A stretch of DNA of 64,000 bases from the IMG/VR virus record IMGVR_UViG_3300045988_069864, one strand, 5' to 3'. A model generated the notes under the pieces. That model saw only the letters and a program-made list of their open reading frames with translations. It was not told where the DNA came from and ran no database searches. Position 1 is the stretch's first letter, and every line of letters starts with the position of its first letter. The stretch comes from a virus. Made by a program: the position numbers and the translations under genes. Positions 26,901-35,607 of this stretch are shown here, in pieces.

Positions 26901-28538
26901 ATGGCGGTAAAAGCTAGTGCATCAATTACTTTGAGTTTTATGGTGGATGTCTACGCTAGTTATCGCTATTACAAATTGCAGGCATCTACCGCATCTGCTC
27001 CTAATGCGCCTACAGTATTTCCTCCAAGTACTTCCAGTGGTTGGGACGATACAGAGCCAAGCTATACAAGTGGAAGTACCAATACGTTATACTTCGTTGA
27101 CTGTACCGTATTTACTGACGATAGCTTTGCGTATTCCAAAGTATCCATATCTAGCAGCTATGAAGCAGCTAAGGAGGCATGGAATAAAGCTAATAACGCC
27201 CAGAAGACAGCTGACGATGCTAAGGACAAAGCAAATGATGCAAATGTCAAGATTGATAATCTGGAAGTCGGCGGAAGGAATCTGCTTGTTAATGGAACGC
27301 TAGTTAACGGTTACCCATCTGCTAGTACTGGACAAATGGCATCAACAAGTGCTAATTTCAGAACGTCTGATTTTATTCCTTTAAAAACTGGAGAAACGTA
27401 TACGATAAGTTGGAGAAGAAACAGTAAAATAATTCGCCAATGGCTCGGTGTGTTTTACTATAAGTCAGACAAGACATTTATTAGTTGCGAAGATTTACAA
27501 CGAACTGGCGATCCAGTCATTCTAACAAAAGTGGCTCCTACTGAATGCGCTTATTTAAGAATCTATTGGCAATACTCGGTTGATGATAAAGTCAAAGTCG
27601 AAAAAGGCAACAAAGCTACCGACTGGACTCCTGCACCAGAAGATGTTGACAATGCTATTGACGATGCTGCCAAAACTGCAACCAATTATATGGAATTCAC
27701 CGAAGGAACTGGTTTGGTAGTTGGTGACATGACATCTGATACATTAGGGAAGAACTCTTTGATCGACTCCGATGGAATGGCTATTCGAGATGGCACTACA
27801 GAAATAGCTAGATTTTGTGCTAATAAGATTGAACTTGGTAAAAATAACGATTCATCTAAAACTAGCATAAGTCTGCTAAATGGATATGGAAACATAGATA
27901 CTACAACTGTTAATATAACCGACGTAGGAGAATACAAGTATTTGGATATATATGCAGAGAAAATTAGCATGGCATCCCAAACCGCAGCAAATAACATAGA
28001 TGGTTATATCCCAAGTATTATTATTACTCCAGATATTGCATCACTAAGATCCAGAGGCGCTTATGTTAGTGCTAATGCTGATGGGTCGGTATCTATACAT
28101 TCGGGCCTTAATAATGTATCTATTGAAGCAGGGTCTGTTAATTTCAAAACCGGTAATACTTCCTTGACCAAAAACTCGAATTATCGTATTTATGGTGGTC
28201 GCGTACTTTATAGTAATTCCAGCGGATCAACCGGAACCATTACTTTAAATGAAACAGCTAATAACTTTTCCATGATTGAAATATTTTACGGAAAAGACGG
28301 TCAAGGATATGACTCTACTAAAATATTTCTTCCGAATGGAAAAACGGCATCTCTTACCGTCACGAATATGTATAGTACTACTGGGATTCAGACGGCAACC
28401 AAACTTGTGACTATTTCCGGAACATCAGTTACCCCCAATACATCAAGATGCGGTTATGTTAACTTGGATGGTTCTAGTTTTTCAAAGACAGGCGCAGAAA
28501 ATACGATAAAAATACGCTATGTTGTCGGATACAAATAA
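26901..28538 (+). CDS. Receptor-binding / tail fibre protein 1
   Basis: 545 aa. Starts MAVKAS like the previous gene, has a coiled-coil neck (AKEAWNKANNAQKTADDAKDKANDANVKIDNLE) and a beta-rich head. Confidence 0.6.
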   Translation: MAVKASASITLSFMVDVYASYRYYKLQASTASAPNAPTVFPPSTSSGWDDTEPSYTSGSTNTLYFVDCTVFTDDSFAYSKVSISSSYEAAKEAWNKANNAQKTADDAKDKANDANVKIDNLEVGGRNLLVNGTLVNGYPSASTGQMASTSANFRTSDFIPLKTGETYTISWRRNSKIIRQWLGVFYYKSDKTFISCEDLQRTGDPVILTKVAPTECAYLRIYWQYSVDDKVKVEKGNKATDWTPAPEDVDNAIDDAAKTATNYMEFTEGTGLVVGDMTSDTLGKNSLIDSDGMAIRDGTTEIARFCANKIELGKNNDSSKTSISLLNGYGNIDTTTVNITDVGEYKYLDIYAEKISMASQTAANNIDGYIPSIIITPDIASLRSRGAYVSANADGSVSIHSGLNNVSIEAGSVNFKTGNTSLTKNSNYRIYGGRVLYSNSSGSTGTITLNETANNFSMIEIFYGKDGQGYDSTKIFLPNGKTASLTVTNMYSTTGIQTATKLVTISGTSVTPNTSRCGYVNLDGSSFSKTGAENTIKIRYVVGYK

Positions 28539-28554
28539 AAAAGGAGTAATGAAT

Positions 28555-28842
28555 ATGGCCCTGTATAAAGAAATTGATCTTGATAATGGAGTAACTGTTA
28601 GGTATCACCGAGTAGTATCTGTCAATACGATCACTAATGTTCAGAACATCATCGAAGTGGCAAGCTATACCAGCAAAGAAAAACGCGATGAAGAGAAAAA
28701 ATCGATTGAGACTGGGGGCGATTCCAATGTCTTCATTGAAACGACATTTGTAAATGCCGATTATAATCAAAGTATGACCATTATCGATGCGTATGATTAT
28801 TTGAAAGCGCTTCCCGAGTATGAGGGAGCAATTGAGGTGTGA
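28555..28842 (+). CDS. Small fibre-module protein (hypothetical)
   Basis: ATG 28555 follows AAAAGGAG. 95 aa. Confidence 0.5.
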   Translation: MALYKEIDLDNGVTVRYHRVVSVNTITNVQNIIEVASYTSKEKRDEEKKSIETGGDSNVFIETTFVNADYNQSMTIIDAYDYLKALPEYEGAIEV

Positions 28843-28858
28843 ACCAAAGGAGTTTATT

Positions 28859-29725
28859 ATGGTAGTTAAAAAGGGAACCTTGAGTGTAAGTTTGTATGAG
28901 GGCGCTCCCTCCACAATCTATACCGTTTGGGAATTCATCGAAGATGTTGAAAATTTGATTGTAATGCGTAATGAAGCATTTCCGTCCGAACAGGCAAAAG
29001 CTTATGCCGGAATTGACGTATCTGAGATTGCGTCGATCTTTGATTCTGCTCAGTATCCCGATCCCATTTGTACATGGGATGTCGAATTGACTCCGGTATC
29101 TGAAGAATCCGAGTCGGTTGACGTCAATCTTATTCCCAATGCTTCTGTTGATTGCAACCTCGTTGATACAAGCGGAAAACTCTATAACATGTTCTCCAGA
29201 GATTCTGATGAAACTAGAAACTTCCCTATTAGAATTAATGGTTGGCTTGAAACCATGGTTTATTCTAGTGATACAAACTACAGAACTCAACGCTATACTA
29301 CCTACAAAGGCGTCGTATATGAACGAAATATGATCGATGGCGTGTGGACTGCTTGGGCTAGACAGATGCGACAGTATGTTCTGTTTAACAATGATTCGGC
29401 TAGCCTTAGCGGTTCTGTCACTTTGTCCGAAAGTGCAGCAAATTTCGATAAGCTTACCATCATGTACCGCTCCAATGATAACTATTTTGCCAGTATTGAT
29501 GTGTGGAATCCGAATGGGAAATATGCAGTTCTTACGTCTTCCAGTTATACAAGTGTTTCTAACGTTATCCTGAAGAGTAAGACTATTTATATTTCTGGAA
29601 CCAGTATCACTACTCATCATAATAGCTCTAATTTCTATTATACAGGAGAAGCAGCTGTTAATGGGAATCAGCCGACTACTCATAAAGATTCGGTATGTGT
29701 GACTCAGGTAATCGGTTGGAAGTAA
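28859..29725 (+). CDS. Receptor-binding protein 2 (C-terminal head homologous to RBP 1)
   Basis: ATG 28859 follows AAAGGAG. The last ~120 aa align with the last ~120 aa of the 26901 product (L.N..S...G..TL.E.A.NF....I.Y........S...........L...). Confidence 0.55.
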   Translation: MVVKKGTLSVSLYEGAPSTIYTVWEFIEDVENLIVMRNEAFPSEQAKAYAGIDVSEIASIFDSAQYPDPICTWDVELTPVSEESESVDVNLIPNASVDCNLVDTSGKLYNMFSRDSDETRNFPIRINGWLETMVYSSDTNYRTQRYTTYKGVVYERNMIDGVWTAWARQMRQYVLFNNDSASLSGSVTLSESAANFDKLTIMYRSNDNYFASIDVWNPNGKYAVLTSSSYTSVSNVILKSKTIYISGTSITTHHNSSNFYYTGEAAVNGNQPTTHKDSVCVTQVIGWK

Positions 29726-29787
29726 TTTAATATTACTTATAAATCATGTCCTGCGATATATAGCTATGGACATAGTAAGGAGGCGTA

Positions 29788-30102
29788 ATGATGAGACTTC
29801 TACAGTTTATGGTTGATAACCAGAAATTAACTAGAAATGGAGATTTCTCTCATATTATTCGAGGTACAAAGGGCTACTTGAGATGCTTCTTCGAGTTCCA
29901 TGGTAACGAATGGACAAATTGCAATATTGTAGCTATTTTTGAAAAAGGCTCTGAAGAATTTTATGAAAGGGTATCTAAAAATGGAATGTGCAAAGTTCCA
30001 GACGAGGTAACTGATAATGCAAGTTTTCGAGTTAAACTCGTAGGGGCAAGAAACAACATTAGACTTGTAACGAATAAAATTCTCATAAGTCAGGAGGGAT
30101 GA
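29788..30102 (+). CDS. Small structural-module protein (hypothetical)
   Basis: SD AAGGAGG, 104 aa, immediately precedes and abuts the spike gene. Confidence 0.5.
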   Translation: MMRLLQFMVDNQKLTRNGDFSHIIRGTKGYLRCFFEFHGNEWTNCNIVAIFEKGSEEFYERVSKNGMCKVPDEVTDNASFRVKLVGARNNIRLVTNKILISQEG

Positions 30103-30103
30103 T

Positions 30104-32362
30104 ATGGCGAATCTTGAGGAATTACTTACTACCTCCACAAACACAGACGATAACAACATAGATTATTACAATGATGAGATCCAGTTTGATATTGATAATG
30201 ATCTAAGAGCAATTTCCTATTCGAGTAAAGGTGCCGTTATTGGTGTAGTTGGAGATAAGAATGTAAATCGCATTAATTTTCGAATGCCAAGATACTATAA
30301 CGGCTTTGATATGTCTGAATTTTCAATCAGAGTCAACTATGTAAATGCCAATGGTGATCCCAACTATTATGATGTTAATGATGGAATTGTTGAAGAAGAT
30401 AAAATTAAATTTACCTGGTTAGTAGATTCAGATGTTACTGCATATATTGGCGATGTGAATTTCGCAATCGAGTTGTATAAATTAATCGATACCGATACTA
30501 TCACCCAGTCGTTCAATACGACAACAACATCATGTAAAGTTCTTAAGGGTTTAAATGCTAATTCTTATATAACTCCAGAACAAATTCAGGATCTCATTGC
30601 GCATTTGCAATCGGATCTTGACGCGTATAGTGACATCAAGAAAAAAGAGATATCCAATTCTAGCATGCAGACAGTTACGACTGGCGGACGCCGTATACGT
30701 CCTATTATTAGTTTTATTGATGACGACTGTCGTGACACTGTATACACCACGTTGTATCCGCTTATTAAGGAACTAAATATTCCGTATGCATTGGCTTGTC
30801 CAGCGCAGCAGATTGACACAAATGGGTATCTCACATCATCACAAATCAAAGAAATGATGAATGATGGAGTTGAGATTTCTTGTCATTTTGCTAAACAAGA
30901 ATCGATGGGGTCTTTTACCACAGTCGACGATCTGACCAAAAACTTGGATGCTTGTATGACGGTATATCGTTCTCTTGGTGCACAAGTAAATTCGATTGCT
31001 TATCCAAATGGCATATATGTATCCGATTATTTAAATACCATTAGGAAATATTTCAAACTTGGAATGACTGTTACTCGTGGTATAAATAAAATTCCATATT
31101 CTAGTTCAGTGATGATGCGTGTGGAAGTATTTCCGAGAGCGAATACGAGTGGTACATATCCATATTCTTTTAGCGATGTGAAAAAATATGTAGATATGGT
31201 AAATGCTAACGGCGGTTGGTTGATCTTGATGACACACTGTTGGTATACCAGTTTCGATGCTGATAAGTTAAACGAATTGGTACAGTATATCCAGAGTAAT
31301 GGTATTGATATTGTTGGTATAAATGAAGCCATGGAACTGACCGAAAACCCGGTTGATTGCGGTAGCTCTACTGAAACTTCAAAATACAATGCAGATGCCT
31401 ACACAATTATAGATGCGAATGGTGAATTGTGGACAAACGCATTTCATGACATGGGTACTGGATACGGTGTGGAGAATATCGAAATCGAGTTTAGTCCAGG
31501 GAGTGAATCGAAACCTGGATGCATGCTAGATGGGACTACTGGAAAGAAAACCACCACAAGTGACCCCTCGTATAAAATTACGCAGGAGATCGATTGCAGT
31601 GGTTATGGCGCGGTAATCGTATCTGGCTGGGCTTGTGATGGTTATAACATCTATTCGTTCTTTGACGAAAATAGAGCATATATTAGCGGCTATAGTAGTA
31701 CTGGAACTTACAATGAGGCTCAAACGCTGAGCGAGTATATCGTGGAGATCCCGTCTAATGCCAAGTACGTACGAATTGCTGGTTATCTTTATAAGCAGTT
31801 GCCAAAAGCTACTCTGATAAGTAAAGATCGTTATGTCGTATATAATACCAATGTTACACCTGCTTGGAATAGCGGATATAAACTAAGTACAAATGGTAAG
31901 TTACTTAACAAAAAAGAAAGTTCTTTCCGTGTAAGTGTGGATGTGGCAGCGGAAGAAGGCGACATCTTTGAAATCTCAGCTAGTTCGAATTACAACAATG
32001 CTTTGTATGTTGTTTACGATGCAAATAATAATGTCGTAACTTATTTAGCAGACACTACCAATACGGTTGCAGGTACTACAATTACAGATTATCGTGTTGT
32101 GATGCCGGCAGATACAGCTAAGTTCAAAGTAGCCACAAATATCACGGTACAGCCAAATGGATTTTCTGTAAAACATCTTGGTTCAATTAATGCTAGTAAA
32201 TATGATGTAACTTTAACTCGACGCGATCAAGCTCCTGATTCCCAGGTAGTTGGGGAGAAATTGAATAAAAATTCCAACGATATTACAGCTTTGCAAACAA
32301 TAATCGCATCACTCGAACAACGTATCACTAAACTCGAAAATCCTTCAGATACTGGTACCTAA
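30104..32362 (+). CDS. Tail spike/baseplate protein: BppU-like N-terminus + polysaccharide deacetylase-like (NodB/CE4) domain + beta-rich C-terminal domains
   Basis: The N-terminus (RINFRMPRYYNGFDMSEFSIRVNY...KFTWLV...GDVNFAI) is BppU_N-like. ISFIDDDCRD...EISCH...IAYPNG resembles NodB motifs. The C-terminus is a coiled coil. Confidence 0.5.
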   Translation: MANLEELLTTSTNTDDNNIDYYNDEIQFDIDNDLRAISYSSKGAVIGVVGDKNVNRINFRMPRYYNGFDMSEFSIRVNYVNANGDPNYYDVNDGIVEEDKIKFTWLVDSDVTAYIGDVNFAIELYKLIDTDTITQSFNTTTTSCKVLKGLNANSYITPEQIQDLIAHLQSDLDAYSDIKKKEISNSSMQTVTTGGRRIRPIISFIDDDCRDTVYTTLYPLIKELNIPYALACPAQQIDTNGYLTSSQIKEMMNDGVEISCHFAKQESMGSFTTVDDLTKNLDACMTVYRSLGAQVNSIAYPNGIYVSDYLNTIRKYFKLGMTVTRGINKIPYSSSVMMRVEVFPRANTSGTYPYSFSDVKKYVDMVNANGGWLILMTHCWYTSFDADKLNELVQYIQSNGIDIVGINEAMELTENPVDCGSSTETSKYNADAYTIIDANGELWTNAFHDMGTGYGVENIEIEFSPGSESKPGCMLDGTTGKKTTTSDPSYKITQEIDCSGYGAVIVSGWACDGYNIYSFFDENRAYISGYSSTGTYNEAQTLSEYIVEIPSNAKYVRIAGYLYKQLPKATLISKDRYVVYNTNVTPAWNSGYKLSTNGKLLNKKESSFRVSVDVAAEEGDIFEISASSNYNNALYVVYDANNNVVTYLADTTNTVAGTTITDYRVVMPADTAKFKVATNITVQPNGFSVKHLGSINASKYDVTLTRRDQAPDSQVVGEKLNKNSNDITALQTIIASLEQRITKLENPSDTGT

Positions 32363-32411
32363 GCTCGGTTCACGGATATTAAAGTTTCAAAAAAATAAGG
32401 AGGTAACATTT

Positions 32412-32672
32412 ATGGACTTCACTGTGTTTGAAAACTATTTCGTTCTTTCGGTTGTACTGGCCTGCCTTATTGTGGGCTACATTATCAAAAAATGGATTAA
32501 GGATGTAGATAATAAGTACATTCCCACCATTGTCACCGTTGTTGGTATGCTGCTGAATCTGGCAGTAAGCGGCGTTTCCATTGAATCCGCTATTTTTGGC
32601 GCATTTATGGGTCTCGCTTCCACTGGTCTGCATCAGGCATTCAAACAGTATATTGAGAAAGATAAAGAATGA
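32412..32672 (+). CDS. Holin
   Basis: 86 aa with multiple hydrophobic helices and a charged C-terminus (KQYIEKDKE). It is the last gene of the late operon and has a strong SD. Confidence 0.7.
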   Translation: MDFTVFENYFVLSVVLACLIVGYIIKKWIKDVDNKYIPTIVTVVGMLLNLAVSGVSIESAIFGAFMGLASTGLHQAFKQYIEKDKE

Positions 32673-32676
32673 AAAC

Positions 32677-32720
32677 AAGGAGGGGCAGTCCGTGTGGGCT
32701 ACTCCTCCTTTTATTTTTTA
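32677..32720 (+). terminator. Intrinsic terminator after holin
   Basis: AAGGAGG...CCTCCTT stem followed by TTATTTTTTATTT. Confidence 0.75.
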
Positions 32721-32725
32721 TTTAC

Positions 32726-32754
32726 TTCGCGTAAAATGCACCTCTTTTTATGAA
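32726..32754 (+). promoter_or_regulatory. TTCGCG-N17-TATG motif copy 1
   Basis: TTCGCG 32726-32731, 17-nt spacer, TATGAA 32749-32754. The SD follows directly. Precedes the gene at 32769. Confidence 0.5.
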
Positions 32755-32768
32755 AGGAGGCAATAAAT

Positions 32769-33059
32769 ATGTTGCTAAAAACAGTTGCATTCAATGCGGA
32801 ATGCGCTAATTGGACGGACGATATAAAAATCAATGTTGCATTTTTGAAGAATGCTGAACATCATCTGAATACAATTATTCAATACAGAGGATACGTATAT
32901 CTAAATCAGATATATGAACACTTAGGTATCAAGTGGAATCCAGAAGATGAAAACATATGTATCAAAAATGACAACACGGATCAAAATGCGTTCATCGAAT
33001 TTAAGGTGTTTCCAAATTTGAAAAATTCGTTTTTAATTAACATTTATTCCCGCGAATAA
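32769..33059 (+). CDS. Hypothetical protein (moron-like unit next to integrase)
   Basis: 96 aa, bracketed by its own motif copy and its own terminator. Confidence 0.55.
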   Translation: MLLKTVAFNAECANWTDDIKINVAFLKNAEHHLNTIIQYRGYVYLNQIYEHLGIKWNPEDENICIKNDNTDQNAFIEFKVFPNLKNSFLINIYSRE

Positions 33060-33066
33060 GAAAAAG

Positions 33067-33100
33067 AGGCTCTGCCACTATGACAGGGCCTTTTATTTTT
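33067..33100 (+). terminator. Intrinsic terminator
   Basis: AGGCTCTG...CAGGGCCT stem (one G-T pair) followed by TTTTATTTTT. Confidence 0.75.
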
Positions 33101-33203
33101 GCTCGTGTTATTGACCTGAATAAATAAAACTTTTAGAATAATAAGAGAGACGGATGCCATTGCATATTAAGTACATCTACTTTGGAGAAGATTCTCTTAA
33201 TAC

Positions 33204-33238
33204 GCAAAAGAACCCAAGCCAGTGATAGCAAGGGTTCC
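33204..33238 (-). terminator. Terminator-like hairpin downstream of integrase
   Basis: On the minus strand: GGAACCC-loop-GGGTTC followed by TTTTG. The T-run is short. Confidence 0.45.
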
Positions 33239-33247
33239 ACGTATATT

Positions 33248-34705
33248 TTATGCAAATTTCCAGTAGACATGAAGATCTTCTTCGTCTACGACAATCTCTT
33301 TAATCAGCTCTTGTACAAGGGCTTTGATCTCGTCAATATCTCCACTATCAATCACATCACACAAACTCGATGCGATTTCTACAGCTTCTTCTTTTGACAT
33401 CTTCTCTTTATTTTCTAAAGATCTCATGTTAACTTCTAGCTTTTCTTTTTCAGCGAGCAATGCATCGGTTCTACTCTTAATCACATTTATATCTAGAGTT
33501 CCAAGAGTATATAAATCTATCAATTTATCAAGTTGTGAATCTATTTCTTCGATACGTTTGGAGATGACTTTTATTTTCATCGCATTCTCATCGCTTTCGG
33601 TTGAACCAATATCAAACGATTCCGGATGTAATGCAAGTTTACGAACTTCATCAAACACTTCTTTCTCGAGTTCTTCAGCTTTCCAAATTTTATTTTTGCA
33701 ACGTTCTTCTTTGGGTATGTCTTTCCACTTACCAGCACGACAAGATCGTTTGTAGCAATTGCAATACAACTTCGCACTGTTCTTGGTCTTCGCTCGACGG
33801 AAGAAGAACTTATTTCCGCAGTGACCGCAACGTATCATTCCAGCAAGAGGAGCATTAATTCGAGATATACGACTGTTAGCATCTTCGTCACGCTCGGCTA
33901 GTATAGCCTGTGTTTTTTCAAATGTTTCCTTATCTATAATCGGTTTGTGAATTCCTTCGTACCATTCACCTTTATATGATACCATGCCGATATAATGCTT
34001 ATTTTCTAGCAATGGTCTAATATTATGTCGATTCCAGTTTCCATCGTAAGTAGTTCTATACCCCTTTGATTGTAGCATTTCTGCAACTCGTCTTTGCGAT
34101 ATTCTCATGTTGAACAGTCTAAACATTTCTCGAATTTGCATTGCCTCATATTCGTGGACTACGAGTTCATCATTTTCGACTCGATATCCGATAGGTACGT
34201 AACGACTACCACACCATTTTCCTTCTTTGGCTCTACCGATCTTACCAACTTCCATACGCTCTTTTATTTGTTCACGTTCAAGTTGGGCGAAAACACTTAG
34301 AATACCAATCATAGCTCGTCCGAACGGCGTACTCGTATCTAGATTCTCAGTCATACTAATGAAATCTACGTTGTTTGGAAGGAACACGTCCTCGATAAGA
34401 GTCAGTGTATCCTTCTGCGAACGTGAAAGTCGATCGAGTTTATATACTAAAACGGCGTTGACCTTGTTACTTTCTGCATCTTTAATTAAAGACTGTAGTC
34501 CGGGACGATCTGTGTCTGCTCCAGAGTAACCAGCATCTGTGTATATTTTATGAACTACCCAACCTTTAGCTTCACAGTATTTAATCATTCTCTCAGTTTG
34601 TTCATTGATAGAGTATCCATCCTTAGCTTGCTCTAATGTAGATACGCGTGGATATAATGCTACACGCATGGCGTTTCTATTGACCACTCCGTATGTTTCG
34701 CCCAT
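33248..34705 (-). CDS. int: Large serine recombinase (integrase)
   Basis: Resolvase-type N-terminus (YPRVSTLEQ...GYSGA..DRPGL...VLVYKLDRLSRS), a recombinase domain, Cys-rich zinc ribbon (CGHCG...CNCYKRSC) and a C-terminal coiled coil. Confidence 0.9.
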   Translation of the reverse strand: MGETYGVVNRNAMRVALYPRVSTLEQAKDGYSINEQTERMIKYCEAKGWVVHKIYTDAGYSGADTDRPGLQSLIKDAESNKVNAVLVYKLDRLSRSQKDTLTLIEDVFLPNNVDFISMTENLDTSTPFGRAMIGILSVFAQLEREQIKERMEVGKIGRAKEGKWCGSRYVPIGYRVENDELVVHEYEAMQIREMFRLFNMRISQRRVAEMLQSKGYRTTYDGNWNRHNIRPLLENKHYIGMVSYKGEWYEGIHKPIIDKETFEKTQAILAERDEDANSRISRINAPLAGMIRCGHCGNKFFFRRAKTKNSAKLYCNCYKRSCRAGKWKDIPKEERCKNKIWKAEELEKEVFDEVRKLALHPESFDIGSTESDENAMKIKVISKRIEEIDSQLDKLIDLYTLGTLDINVIKSRTDALLAEKEKLEVNMRSLENKEKMSKEEAVEIASSLCDVIDSGDIDEIKALVQELIKEIVVDEEDLHVYWKFA

Positions 34706-34710
34706 TTAAA

Positions 34711-35100
34711 TCATTCCCCTTTATCTAAGATGTCTTTAGCCAATTGTAGAATTTTAATAAGCATATATTTTTCTCGCTCAGTGACTTGCCTCGAGCCGAT
34801 TGTCAGATATTTAGAGTTCTTTACATAATTAATGAAATGATCCAATGAAAACAACAAATTGGTCGTCTTCCCTTCATTTCGTTCTTTAATGTCTGATTTA
34901 CCAATAAGCCAAGCAGGATTCACATTGAGCATAGATGCTATAGTTTCTAAAACTGGCAACTTGATGTCTTTTATTTCTCCATTCTCGTATCTGTGTATTG
35001 TAGCTTTACTCAGTCCTGTATAAGCAGCTACATCCGCAACTGATATATTTAAGGCTTTGCGTTGCTGTCGTATTCGCTTGCCTATTTCCATGTTCTTCAT
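34711..35100 (-). CDS. XRE-family repressor (cI-like)
   Basis: HTH IGKRIRQQRKALNISVADVAAYTGLSKATIHRYENG. Divergent from the early operon, and 5 nt upstream of int on the same strand. Confidence 0.8.
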   Translation of the reverse strand: MKNMEIGKRIRQQRKALNISVADVAAYTGLSKATIHRYENGEIKDIKLPVLETIASMLNVNPAWLIGKSDIKERNEGKTTNLLFSLDHFINYVKNSKYLTIGSRQVTEREKYMLIKILQLAKDILDKGE

Positions 35101-35122
35101 ATATTCACTCCTTCCATGTATA

Positions 35123-35152
35123 ATTATAAGCTAAAAAATTGCGCCATGCGAA
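35123..35152 (-). promoter_or_regulatory. Candidate repressor/integrase promoter: TTCGCA-N18-TATAAT (minus strand)
   Basis: Reverse complement of 35147-35152 is TTCGCA and of 35123-35128 is TATAAT. The SD GGAAGGAG and ATG 35100 lie downstream. Confidence 0.45.
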
Positions 35153-35161
35153 TGATTTGTA

Positions 35162-35172
35162 TGCGTAACGCA
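35162..35172. promoter_or_regulatory. Operator-like palindrome TGCGTAACGCA
   Basis: Perfect 11-bp palindrome in the divergent intergenic region. Shares the GC(G/A)TAACGC core with 35238-35252. Confidence 0.5.
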
Positions 35173-35187
35173 ACTTTCTATGTTATT

Positions 35188-35212
35188 TCAAACTTTTTTC
35201 AAACTTTTTTCA
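35188..35212. repeat. Tandem 11-bp direct repeat TCAAACTTTTT x2 (+TCA)
   Basis: Read directly; lies between the two palindromes. Confidence 0.8.
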
Positions 35213-35237
35213 TAAATTCGAGTTATTATTCTTTTTA

Positions 35238-35252
35238 GTCGCATAACGCGAC
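35238..35252. promoter_or_regulatory. Operator-like palindrome GTCGCATAACGCGAC
   Basis: 15-bp palindrome with one mismatch, 26 nt upstream of the TTG start of the first early gene. Confidence 0.5.
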
Positions 35253-35277
35253 AAAATTTTATAAGGAGTGACGCATT

Positions 35278-35499
35278 TTGATAAACACTAAAGAATTAAA
35301 GAAACTACTTATAGATAAAAATTTGAAAGTTAGCGATATAGCTGTACATATAGAGAAATCATATTCTAGCACAATGCTTAAGATAAACGGTAAATCTTCG
35401 ATGTCGTTAGGAGAAGCAGAGAAGATTCAGTTTCTTTTAGATATAGATGACAATGACTTTTGTTTTTATTTCTTGAGTCATGAGTCCGGGCTATGGTAA
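35278..35499 (+). CDS. Cro-like small DNA-binding protein (first early gene)
   Basis: TTG start 9 nt after AAGGAG. 73 aa with an HTH-like segment (LKVSDIAVHIEKSYSSTMLKING). Divergent from the repressor gene. Confidence 0.5.
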   Translation: MINTKELKKLLIDKNLKVSDIAVHIEKSYSSTMLKINGKSSMSLGEAEKIQFLLDIDDNDFCFYFLSHESGLW

Positions 35500-35607
35500 T
35501 CCATCACATGGTCGATGGAACGATAAGGCATAGTATAGATGGTCTTATCATTCCCAAAAGTTTTGTGACTGTATACGAATTAGCAAACAAAAGAAGAGGA
35601 ATACAAA

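Noticed and set aside
23865-32362. Diversity-generating retroelement acting on the duplicated receptor-binding domains.
   Set aside because: There is no reverse transcriptase gene and no template/variable repeat pair with adenine-specific differences. The similarity between heads is at the protein level only.
33182-33397. A plus-strand 71-aa ORF overlapping the integrase 3' end, and the minus-strand ORF 35504-35866.
   Set aside because: Both are antisense to, or overlap, strongly supported genes. They have no SD and look like unconserved sequence.
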